Part shown: positions 24,334 to 32,000 of the stretch, in pieces
Position numbering within the stretch: position 1 is the stretch's first letter
Layout of the letters: each line of letters starts with the position of its first letter
Assembly (NCBI GenBank): GCA_041662745.1
Contig: JBAZRV010000001.1
Coordinates: 30,001 to 62,000 of the forward strand
Direction: 5' to 3'
Origin: Patescibacteria group bacterium
GTDB lineage: Bacteria; Patescibacteriota; Patescibacteriia; 2-01-FULL-39-33
Length of the DNA stretch: 32,000 nt
Translations under genes and position numbers: made by a program
The notes under the pieces: generated by a model
Told to the model about the DNA's origin: nothing
Database searches by the model: none
Seen by the model: only the letters and a program-made list of their open reading frames with translations

Positions 24334-25311
24334 ATGCTGAAAATAGCAGTTGATTTAAACGGCGGCGACAAATCACCGTCCAACATCATCAAGGGCGTAC
24401 AATTGGCCTTAAAATTAGGCTACATTAAACCGGAAGAGCTTCTACTGGCAGGCACGGGGGAAACGGTTGCCTTCGCTCAAAAAAACAAAAAAATTGGCGG
24501 CTTGTCTTTTTTAATCTGCCCGGAAAAAATTGAGATGTCCGATGACAAGGAGCAAATCAGGAAAAAAAAGAACTCCACTATTGTCGGCGGCATCAAACTG
24601 CTGAAAAACACAAACGAAGGCGTCGGGGCTTTTGTCTCTGCCGGCAATACGGGAGCGATGGTTTTGTGGGGAACGATTATTTTAGGGCGCATTAAACGCG
24701 GCCTGCAGCCAGCCATCGCCGTACCCTTGCCCAATGAGCGCGGTCCCTGCTTGCTGCTGGATTCCGGAGCAATCCATAATGCCCAAGCCGCTGATTTGGT
24801 TAATTGCGCCTTGATGGGGTCAACTTACGCCAGAGAGATTTGGAAATTGGAACGGCCGATTATCAAGTTATTGAATATCGGCAAAGAATCGGGCAAGGGC
24901 AACGATACCCTAAAGCTGGCTGATGAACTGCTTAAACAGCAAAGTGGCTTGAATTATCAAGGGAATATTGAGGGTGATAAAATTTTCACCGAACAAGTCA
25001 ACGTTATCGTTTGCCCCGGAGAAATCGGCAATAACACCATCAAAGTTGCCGAGGGCGTAATGAAATTCATTAAGGATAAATTAGGATTCATTTGGAAAAT
25101 CTTCTCCTTCCTTTATGGGCACCATAAAAAAACCGACTACGAAGAAATCGGCGGAGCGATTCTTCTGGGAGTTGACGGCATTTTGATAATCGCCCATGGC
25201 AAATCCCAGCCCCTGGCCGTCGCCAATGCTATTCGGCGCGCCAAAATGGAGATAACGGCCGATATCCTAAGTAAAATCAAAAACGAAATAATCACTGCCG
25301 AGGAGCCATAA
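24334..25311 (+). CDS. PlsX-like phosphate acyltransferase family protein (divergent)
   Basis: LKIAVDLNGGDKSPSNIIKGV, STIVGGIKLLKNTNEGVGAFVSAGNTGAMV, KLLNIGKESGKGNDTLKLA, NYQGNIEGDKIF; SD AAAGGAGG. Confidence 0.88.
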   Translation: MLKIAVDLNGGDKSPSNIIKGVQLALKLGYIKPEELLLAGTGETVAFAQKNKKIGGLSFLICPEKIEMSDDKEQIRKKKNSTIVGGIKLLKNTNEGVGAFVSAGNTGAMVLWGTIILGRIKRGLQPAIAVPLPNERGPCLLLDSGAIHNAQAADLVNCALMGSTYAREIWKLERPIIKLLNIGKESGKGNDTLKLADELLKQQSGLNYQGNIEGDKIFTEQVNVIVCPGEIGNNTIKVAEGVMKFIKDKLGFIWKIFSFLYGHHKKTDYEEIGGAILLGVDGILIIAHGKSQPLAVANAIRRAKMEITADILSKIKNEIITAEEP

Positions 25312-25340
25312 TCACTCTCTGCCTCTAGCACCTTATGCTA

Positions 25341-25366
25341 AGCCGCGGATAACCCTGCGGCTTTTT
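25341..25366 (+). terminator. intrinsic terminator after the plsX-like gene
   Basis: AGCCGC-GGATAACCCT-GCGGCT-TTTT. Confidence 0.75.
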
Positions 25367-25375
25367 AAATTTAAA

Positions 25376-25396
25376 ACCCTTCTAATGAAGAAGGGT
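25376..25396 (-). terminator. intrinsic terminator abutting the 25396-25635 gene
   Basis: Minus strand ACCCTTC-TTCATTA-GAAGGGT-TTTAAATTT. Confidence 0.7.
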
Positions 25397-25635
25397 CAAA
25401 GAAAAGATCTGCTATGATCGCAGAGGCGTTTGAACGCTTCAGCTTCGGCCGTCGTAGGCGTACGTCGGCAAATCAGATTGCTGAAGGCGCAAGTGCATTC
25501 CACCAACAAGCTGCCGTTTAAATTAATAAACACCAAATCATGGACATTGGCCGGCATCGTGGCTAAAAAACATGATTCAATAGTCATTATTCTTTCTCCT
25601 GACGAAGCACCGATTAAAACCGAATTAGCTGCCAT
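25396..25635 (-). CDS. small hypothetical protein (79 aa)
   Basis: ORF MAANSVLIGASSGERIMTIESCFLATMPANVHDLVFINLNGSLLVE... with strong SD GGGAGGAG upstream and terminator directly at the stop codon. Confidence 0.6.
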   Translation of the reverse strand: MAANSVLIGASSGERIMTIESCFLATMPANVHDLVFINLNGSLLVECTCAFSNLICRRTPTTAEAEAFKRLCDHSRSFL

Positions 25636-25722
25636 GGCTATCTCCTCCCGGGGTTGCGATTAAGGGGCAAGACTGCTACCTAAGTAGCATAAGACTCGGT
25701 AAAAAATATGTCAAATTAAAAA

Positions 25723-25746
25723 AGCTGTCGAAAATTTTCGACAGCT
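25723..25746 (-). terminator. intrinsic terminator of the PhoH-like gene
   Basis: Perfect palindrome AGCTGTCGAAAATTTTCGACAGCT followed on the minus strand by TTTTT. Confidence 0.8.
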
Positions 25747-25765
25747 GTTAGCGGTACTCTTTTAA

Positions 25766-27151
25766 CTACGCATAAATGGAAGACGGTCCTCTGCGGACGT
25801 TGCTGCGCAAGGACAAATGCGCCGCCGCCGGGTGATCAATATTCTTCTTAATCACCCAAACCAGGCCGTTATCCTCCATTCGATCGCGATCCCTGATCTG
25901 ACTCAAATCGCCGTTAACGATGATCTTGCAACCGTCTCCGGGACGAGTACAAAGCAGGTAAGCTTCATACCAGGTGAAATTCTGGACTTCGTCAATTATC
26001 ACCACCGAATTAAGAATGGTTTCACCGGCCACAAAATCAATCGGCCGTATCTCAAAAAAACCCTTGGCTTTCAAGTCAGCGACCGTATTGATGCCTCGCT
26101 CTTGAAAAAAGGCGCATCTCTCATTACGGAGCGATTGCAAGGCCTCACCAATCCGGCTAAGTATAGCGTCGGTATAGGGACCGAACTTTTGTTCGGCATC
26201 ACCCTTCAGAAATCCCATGCCCCTGAAATCATAAGGTCGGAAAACGACTAGGCTTTGATGCTTGCCGGCGGCAATACTCTTTAGGGCGTAATGAATCGGC
26301 AGAACCGATTTACCGGCTCCGGGAACGCCGTCAAAAGAAACGCCTATAATATCATCATCAGCTAACAAAGCGGAAGCAAAAGCCTGGTAAGGACCGACGG
26401 GCTTGATTATTCCGGTTTTATCCCGTTCTTGGAGTTTCGGCTTAGGCACCAAGTTAAAGCCAACTCCTTGCTTATAGATTACCATGGCCGATTTATCTCC
26501 AAGGCAAAGATAGCAACACTCATTAGAATGAAGATTGTCCAATTGCCTATCGCTGAAATTGGCTGCCGGGATAAATCCTTTTTGATGCAACTCAACCAAA
26601 AAGCCGCCTTGGCTGTCAAGCAATTGCACCCGCGTAATATCGGAATACAAACGATCCAACAAATAACTTGTTTCATTATGCTGATAGTTCTGCGCTTCCA
26701 CTCCCATCACGTCAGCCTTAATGCGCTGATTGACATCGCAACTAAGGACGACCACGCGTCGTTCAGGATAATCAAGAGACCACTTGCGAGCTACCATGAC
26801 AATGCGATTGTCATTATTACTCTGCATGCCAGCCGGCAAATCTCCCCATTCAGCCATTTCACAGGAGACAAAGAGCAAGCCGCCGGCTTGAGTGCTCACA
26901 CCCTCGGTCAACTTGCCTTGTTCGCGGTATTTATCCATAAGCTTGGAAAAATTGCGAGCGATCCTGGCTTTTTCACTGACACCCTTTTTCATACCATCCA
27001 ACTCTTCAATTACCCAAATCGGAACTACAATAACGTTGTCCCCCAAAATATCAATAATACCGGCGGAATTGAGAATCGTGCTGGTATCCAGGACATAAAT
27101 CTTGGCTCCGGGGTTGACGGGTAATGGCTTCGGCTGTTTCACTGCTGGCAT
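25766..27151 (-). CDS. PIN domain + PhoH-like ATPase fusion
   Basis: PIN: KIYVLDTSTILNSAGIIDILGDNVIVVPIWVIEELDGMKK; PhoH: GVSFDGVPGAGKSVLPIHYALK, VVIIDEVQNFTWYEAYLLCTRPGDGCKIIVNGDLSQIR. Confidence 0.93.
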   Translation of the reverse strand: MPAVKQPKPLPVNPGAKIYVLDTSTILNSAGIIDILGDNVIVVPIWVIEELDGMKKGVSEKARIARNFSKLMDKYREQGKLTEGVSTQAGGLLFVSCEMAEWGDLPAGMQSNNDNRIVMVARKWSLDYPERRVVVLSCDVNQRIKADVMGVEAQNYQHNETSYLLDRLYSDITRVQLLDSQGGFLVELHQKGFIPAANFSDRQLDNLHSNECCYLCLGDKSAMVIYKQGVGFNLVPKPKLQERDKTGIIKPVGPYQAFASALLADDDIIGVSFDGVPGAGKSVLPIHYALKSIAAGKHQSLVVFRPYDFRGMGFLKGDAEQKFGPYTDAILSRIGEALQSLRNERCAFFQERGINTVADLKAKGFFEIRPIDFVAGETILNSVVIIDEVQNFTWYEAYLLCTRPGDGCKIIVNGDLSQIRDRDRMEDNGLVWVIKKNIDHPAAAHLSLRSNVRRGPSSIYA

Positions 27152-27329
27152 TATACATCCTCTCTCCGGTTAAACCGGTTTTGTTGCCTGTTTACGCGGA
27201 CTAAGATCTTGTTGCCTTTAAATTGTCAAAGTTCCATATTAATAAATCATTTTAGCAAAATATCCGCATTTGTCAAGAATAAAATAAAAAACCCGCCAAA
27301 TGACGGGTTTACTCAATGTTCTATGTCTG

Positions 27330-28766
27330 CTATGGGTGGATCTCCGGATCAAGGGCATTGGCCGCGTAAAGCCCGGGAACGGCCCCGTAAGCCGCAAATT
27401 CCTCGTTATTCGTATAGCCGTCGCCATCGGCATCGCCGTTGGGAGCAAAATATTCCGGAAAAGCCATATACTGCGATAAATTAAGCCGGCAGTTCGGTAT
27501 TTTGTCGCCAAAAATAAAGGCCATCCCCAAAACCATGCCGATTGATCCGGTACCGGAAATATATTTTTCCACCGAATAATCAGCTTGACCGTCGCCTACC
27601 AGCATCTGGCCGGCCAAAACCTCTTCCAAGCCGGGGAAAACCAGTGCGGCCAACTGCCAATAAGTGCCGAAATCCGCGGCGAACCGTTCTTCATTATAAT
27701 TCCAAGCATAGTGCAGAAGCCTATGATTCAAACCGTTAGGCAGACAAAACTCAGGATCTTTCAGTACTGTCTCAACCAGCTTGAGTTCTATCAAACAATC
27801 AGGATAACCATTACCGGACGCTTCATAAGTTACCGGATCGGTTCTTTGATCAATCCAGAGGCTGCCATTAACATCGGCAATGCTTGGATCAAATAAATCC
27901 AAAATATTTCCATAATCGCCCAATACCGCTCGCGGCGCTTCATAAACTTTCTGATAGCAAGCATAAAAACTGCTAAGCGGTTCCGGTAAGGGATCACTGG
28001 GATCATCGCCCTCATTGGCATTAAGGCAAAAATCTTCACCCTCGCCTTCGCCTTCTCCTTCACCCTCGCCTTCGCCTTCTCCTTCACCCTCGCCTTCACC
28101 CTCTCCTTCTCCTTCACCTTCTCCTTCTCCTTCTCCTTCCCCCTCACCCTCACCCTCGCCTTCGCCTTCTCCTTCACCCTCTTGGGCGATGACTGTTACA
28201 GTGGCAGTCCGTGAAACGACCGGTTGGTTAGTGATATTGTTAATTACGCAAAAATAATCCCCGGCATGATTTAAGTCGGCAGTTAGAACAGTTAAATCGC
28301 TAAGGGTGGCCCAAGGCAACAAAGTGCCGTTCTGATACCATTGGAAACGCCAAGGCTGAGTGCCAAGCACTAAGACTCTCAGCGTGAACATTTGCCCCGC
28401 TTCAATTTCAATATCCTGAGGCTCAGCCGCTATAATCGGCGGGCGATTAACTTTCAGCGTGGCAATAACGGAAGCCGGCTGGCCGTAAGGATTACTCGCA
28501 ATACAAACATAATTTCCTTCATCATCAATGATCGCTGAAGGAATAATATAAATATTGGAATTGGCATTAACGAGGTCCTCTCCATTTTTTTGCCACTGCC
28601 AGCTCCAAGCCCTGTCAGCGTCGCAGATGAATTGCACTTCTGTCCCCGGATTGACCAGGCGGGACAGAGGCTGAAGGGTAAACTCTGGCGGACGTTCGTC
28701 GCAACCGGTAGCCAAAGCAAGCGCCGTAACGCATAAGACAAAACTTAGCAACAACTGTTTGCCCAT
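27330..28766 (-). CDS. secreted lipoprotein-like protein: two Ig-like domains, (Gly-Glu)n linker, C-terminal EF-hand-like DADGDG segment
   Basis: Signal/lipobox-like MGKQLLLSFVLCVTALALATGC, Ig motifs VQFICDADRAWSWQWQKNGEDLVN...DEGNYVCIASNPYG and RFQWYQNGTL...HAGDYFCVINN, long GE repeat, NGDADGDGYTNNEEFAAYG. Confidence 0.88.
   Translation of the reverse strand: MGKQLLLSFVLCVTALALATGCDERPPEFTLQPLSRLVNPGTEVQFICDADRAWSWQWQKNGEDLVNANSNIYIIPSAIIDDEGNYVCIASNPYGQPASVIATLKVNRPPIIAAEPQDIEIEAGQMFTLRVLVLGTQPWRFQWYQNGTLLPWATLSDLTVLTADLNHAGDYFCVINNITNQPVVSRTATVTVIAQEGEGEGEGEGEGEGEGEGEGEGEGEGEGEGEGEGEGEGEGEGEGEGEGEDFCLNANEGDDPSDPLPEPLSSFYACYQKVYEAPRAVLGDYGNILDLFDPSIADVNGSLWIDQRTDPVTYEASGNGYPDCLIELKLVETVLKDPEFCLPNGLNHRLLHYAWNYNEERFAADFGTYWQLAALVFPGLEEVLAGQMLVGDGQADYSVEKYISGTGSIGMVLGMAFIFGDKIPNCRLNLSQYMAFPEYFAPNGDADGDGYTNNEEFAAYGAVPGLYAANALDPEIHP
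28035..28182 (-). repeat. hexanucleotide GAAGGC/GAGGGT-type tandem tract encoding (Glu-Gly)n
   Basis: About two dozen 6-bp units with synonymous variation inside the 27330-28766 CDS. Confidence 0.95.
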
Positions 28767-28864
28767 GATCCCATCTCCTTTGGTTGGCTTAGTTAATGTA
28801 AAGAACTTTCGGAAAATATAATTTACACCTTTTTTAACAAAAAGTCAAGACCGAAAAACCGGCC

Positions 28865-29635
28865 TTAATTCAGGTCGGCTTTTTTAATTTGTATATCTTC
28901 TTTTAGCCAATTCTTGGCAATTTCCTTAAAACGGCTATTGCTATCGGTAACAAAATATTCCTGCCGGCCCGTTTGTTCCTGAGGATTATCTGACAAATAT
29001 CGTCCGAGCGCTTTGACCACTTCTTCGGCCGGATCAATCAACTTTACCCGCCGCCCCGCTTTATCGGCAATGATTTTCTTTATCAGGGGATAGTGGGTAC
29101 AGCCTAAAATCAAAGTGTCAATTTCTTGGCGCTTGAGCGGATAAAGATACTTGCGGGCGATTGTTTTCATTTCCGGTTTACTCAGCCAATCCTCTTCAAT
29201 TAACGGCACAAATAACGGGCAGGCAACGCTTTTAACTGCAATCTCCCGATCTAATCTTTCAATCGCTTTTTCATAAGCGCGGCTACTAATGGTTCCCCTG
29301 GTGCCGATAACGCCGATCTTGCCCTTGGTTAATTCAACTGCTGCCGCAGCGGCCGGAGTAATGACTTCAAAAATCGGCAACTGATATTTTTGACGCAGCA
29401 ACTCACCGGCAAAAGCCGAGGCCGTGTTACAAGCCACCAGCACCGCCGTAACCCCCCGCTTGATTAAAAACTCAACAATCTCGCAGGCATATTCCTGTAT
29501 AACCTCTTGCGATCTGGTGCCATAGGGCGTACGGGCGTTATCGCCTAAATAGATAAAAGAACAGTCGGGCAACTGTTTTTTTAGCTCTTTCACTACGGTT
29601 AAACCGCCAACGCCGGAATCAAAAATTCCAATCAT
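28865..29635 (-). CDS. murI: glutamate racemase
   Basis: MIGIFDSGVGGLTVVKELKKQLPDCSFIYLGDNARTPYG, VACNTASAFA, LGCTHYPLIKKII; start at the internal Met, after the stop of the upstream gene. Confidence 0.94.
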   Translation of the reverse strand: MIGIFDSGVGGLTVVKELKKQLPDCSFIYLGDNARTPYGTRSQEVIQEYACEIVEFLIKRGVTAVLVACNTASAFAGELLRQKYQLPIFEVITPAAAAAVELTKGKIGVIGTRGTISSRAYEKAIERLDREIAVKSVACPLFVPLIEEDWLSKPEMKTIARKYLYPLKRQEIDTLILGCTHYPLIKKIIADKAGRRVKLIDPAEEVVKALGRYLSDNPQEQTGRQEYFVTDSNSRFKEIAKNWLKEDIQIKKADLN

Positions 29636-29636
29636 A

Positions 29637-29918
29637 CTATTGCGCTTTTCCCCAAAATGCGTCGGCGGCCCTTTCCATCTCATCCAGCCGAGTATAATAA
29701 TCGGCAAACTCGTTCAAATGCGCCAAGGCGATTTTACCGGTCATTAGCGGATCATCGTTAGTCACATTAGTGGCCGGACTAACGGTGCCATGCTCTAATT
29801 CCACATCCAGACCACGGCGGAATTGCTCCACATCAAACTTGGACCAGTCCAGGCCCAATTGTTCGCCGATAGCCTGAGCCTCTTCGGCGGTAAATTTTGG
29901 TTGCGTCATATTTTTCAA
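29637..29918 (-). CDS. DUF5661-like protein
   Basis: FTAEEAQAIGEQLGLDWSKFDVEQFRRGLDVELEHGTVSPATNVTNDDPLMTGKIALAHLNEFADYYTRL. Confidence 0.8.
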   Translation of the reverse strand: MKNMTQPKFTAEEAQAIGEQLGLDWSKFDVEQFRRGLDVELEHGTVSPATNVTNDDPLMTGKIALAHLNEFADYYTRLDEMERAADAFWGKAQ

Positions 29919-30022
29919 TTTATTTTACTGGTTAAATCTTACCACGACTGTGATTTTTGTCAAAACAAAAACCGTCCCGCTTAATAAAAGCTAAAGACGG
30001 TTTTTACGGCGTCAGGCAGCCG

Positions 30023-30346
30023 CTAGGCCAATCGTCGGTCATACTTTTGATCTAATTCTTTCTGTTGTTTTTGACGACGCAACTTACGAAATCTTTTGCG
30101 CGCCACTTGGTAATAATAAGTACCCACCATGGTGCCCAGGGCGCAGCCCAAGGCATAAAGCAAAGCCAGCGACCAATTGTCAACATTGTCAACAATCGTC
30201 CGTACCACATAATACCAGATCAAGATATTGATCACGGTAATAGCTCCGCTAGACCAAACTTTGGTTTCCGTAACCGCTTTGGTCCATAGGGTAACTATAA
30301 GCATTTCCACGGCGCCCACAAAAAATAGAATGATGCTTATTTTCAT
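30023..30346 (-). CDS. small membrane protein, DUF5698-like
   Basis: 107 aa with three hydrophobic helices (IILFFVGAVEMLIVTLWTKAV, ITVINILIWYYVVRTI, SLALLYALGCALGTMVGTYY) and a basic C-terminus. Confidence 0.65.
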   Translation of the reverse strand: MKISIILFFVGAVEMLIVTLWTKAVTETKVWSSGAITVINILIWYYVVRTIVDNVDNWSLALLYALGCALGTMVGTYYYQVARKRFRKLRRQKQQKELDQKYDRRLA

Positions 30347-30506
30347 AAATTTGTGGGTTTAATTCCGCTGATTAATTCAGGGAATCATTAATTTTAACGA
30401 CCTTTTTAATGAAAAAACGCCCGCTCACGCGTACGCTTTATTCATGCCTTAAGTATAGACCTTTCAGAGCCTTTTGTCAATCAAAAACCCATAAAACATA
30501 ACCTGA

Positions 30507-31871
30507 TTATTTGATCAACTTCTCAGTTTTCAACAGCAATTCCGCCAGAACCTCCCTGCTCCGCGCTTCAACATTCAAACGCGCCAGAGGTTCGGTATGC
30601 GACGGCCGGATGTTAAGATACCATCGCTCTCCCCTGTCCTTGATTGACAGTCCGTCAAGAACGGAAAACTCCGCTCCCTTGAACTCCTGCCTGAATTTTT
30701 TAGCCAACCGATCAAAGTCTTTAACCTTATAATTCTTCTCTCCGGAAATAGCATAAGCAGACGAATATTTAGCGATGGCCTGCGACAAGGTTAATTTATT
30801 ACTTTTAAGATAGGACAGGATAAGCAGAATCGGCAAAATCGCATCGCCCCAAACATAATTTTTCTTTCGGCCGAACAAGCGATAATTGAACATAAAATGG
30901 CCGGAGTTCTCGCAACCGAACAGGATTTTTTTCTGATTCATGGTCTTGATGATGTTGGCGTAGCCGGCGCGATGCGCCAAGGCTTCACTGCCCCTGGCGC
31001 GGATCAATTCCGCCAAACCCAAACCTAAACGAGCGTCAATAACAATCCTTATCTTCGGCTTGTCAGCCAAAATTAACTCTGTTAGCAGACAATTCAAATA
31101 ATACGGTTCAACAAACTTGCCCTTCTCATCAATGAATATCGCCCGATCGGCGTCACCGTCAAAAACTATTCCCAAATCGGCTTTTGCCGTCTTGATTTCC
31201 TTTACGATCGGCAGTTGATTCTCTTTGACCAAGGGATTAGGGCCATGATCGGGATAGGGATCGCCGGAAAAAAAATTCATCCGCGTTGTTTTTATCGGCA
31301 AAAAAGAAAAAACCGTCTCAGCCAAACGCGCTCCCGAACCGCCGGAAGCGTCTACCACGACATTCATTCCCTTCAATATTTGAGGGTTGATTAAAGATAG
31401 GACAAAATCACGGTATTCCTTGGTTACCGAAAAAAAATCGGCCTGCGGTTTGCCCATTGTTTGCTGTTTGATCTTACCGACCTGGATTTTAATTTTCTTT
31501 AGTCCGGTCTTAAGCCCGAAAACCCGGCCACGGCTGTCGCAGAATTTCACTCCGGTTTCTCCTGCCGGACTGTGGCTGGCCGTAATCATGGCGCCGGCGG
31601 GAAAATCATGCTCGCCGACGGCAAAAAATAATTCCGGCGTGGCGCAGACGCCCAAATCATAAACCTTTACGCCGCCCTTGTTCAGGCCGGCCAATAACGG
31701 CCAGAATACTTTTTCTGATTCCAAGCGGGCATCGCGACCGCAGATTATCTTTTTGGCTTTGGTCACTTTAGCGAAAGCCAAACCCAAAGCAAACGCTGTG
31801 TGTTCATCCAATTCCTGCGGATATTTACCGCGGATATCGTACTCTTTAAAGATTTTGGGGTTGATATTCAT
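30507..31871 (-). CDS. phosphomannomutase/phosphoglucomutase
   Basis: FKEYDIRGKYPQELDE, GAMITASHSPAGETGVKF (active-site Ser), LGIVFDGDADRAIFID (Mg-binding DGDxDR), FGCENSGHFMF, IRPSHTEPLARLNVEA. Confidence 0.95.
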   Translation of the reverse strand: MNINPKIFKEYDIRGKYPQELDEHTAFALGLAFAKVTKAKKIICGRDARLESEKVFWPLLAGLNKGGVKVYDLGVCATPELFFAVGEHDFPAGAMITASHSPAGETGVKFCDSRGRVFGLKTGLKKIKIQVGKIKQQTMGKPQADFFSVTKEYRDFVLSLINPQILKGMNVVVDASGGSGARLAETVFSFLPIKTTRMNFFSGDPYPDHGPNPLVKENQLPIVKEIKTAKADLGIVFDGDADRAIFIDEKGKFVEPYYLNCLLTELILADKPKIRIVIDARLGLGLAELIRARGSEALAHRAGYANIIKTMNQKKILFGCENSGHFMFNYRLFGRKKNYVWGDAILPILLILSYLKSNKLTLSQAIAKYSSAYAISGEKNYKVKDFDRLAKKFRQEFKGAEFSVLDGLSIKDRGERWYLNIRPSHTEPLARLNVEARSREVLAELLLKTEKLIK

Positions 31872-32000
31872 AAATCAATTTTCTCATATTCTTTAATGAC
31901 CATTTTCCAAGCCCGATGAAGCGGGGTTAGCGCCTTTTTCACCTCCGGAAAGGCGGCGAGATCGCGATAGTCGCGAGCCATTTTGCCATAAGCGCGAAAA
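31868..32000 (-). CDS. C-terminus of an unidentified protein (partial at window edge)
   Basis: Open minus frame ...FRAYGKMARDYRDLAAFPEVKKALTPLHRAWKMVIKEYEKIDL* whose TGA overlaps the start of the 31871 gene (ATGA). Confidence 0.55.
   Translation of the reverse strand, partial: FRAYGKMARDYRDLAAFPEVKKALTPLHRAWKMVIKEYEKIDL

Noticed and set aside
28035-28182. Tandem repeat tract that could be mistaken for CRISPR or a non-coding satellite
   Set aside because: 6-bp units without spacers, in frame inside a longer CDS encoding (Glu-Gly)n. The overlapping ORFs in other frames (27830-28177 minus, 28015-28257 plus) are by-products of the same repeat.
1-32000. tRNA/rRNA genes, transposases, integrases or CRISPR arrays
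   Set aside because: None recognised on reading either strand. A tRNAscan/Infernal/MinCED run would be needed to confirm absence.

Overview
This 32 kb window is most likely from a Patescibacteria/CPR-type bacterial genome (inference from gene content and compact, short-leader genes). Most genes are on the minus strand. Recognisable core genes: 2-oxoacid:ferredoxin oxidoreductase gamma (and start of delta), a DsbA-like thioredoxin protein, acyltransferase-3, GDSL hydrolase, IleRS, ArgS, ThrRS, a ferredoxin, a CheY-like receiver, a histidine kinase, a GreA-like factor, RNHCP, ribosomal protein S1, PlsX-like, PhoH/PIN, MurI, DUF5661-like, and a phosphomannomutase/phosphoglucomutase. The main points of interest are: (1) a plus-strand accessory cassette at 10737-14118, running against the surrounding minus-strand genes. 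It encodes a Nudix/NrtR-like sensor with a degenerate Nudix box, a methylthiotransferase-like radical SAM protein with no TRAM domain, a P-loop small-molecule-kinase-like protein, and a pol-beta-type nucleotidyltransferase with an OB-like tail. This is the best candidate for an undescribed system. (2) An IleRS with an apparently intact histidine-phosphatase domain inserted into the synthetase. (3) T-box-like leaders, each ending in a terminator hairpin, upstream of both ileS and thrS. (4) Two secreted Ig-domain proteins, one with an EF-hand/dockerin-like segment and one with a long (Gly-Glu)n tract. (5) A ~105 bp direct repeat flanking a single orphan gene. All RNA folds were done by hand and no database search was run.
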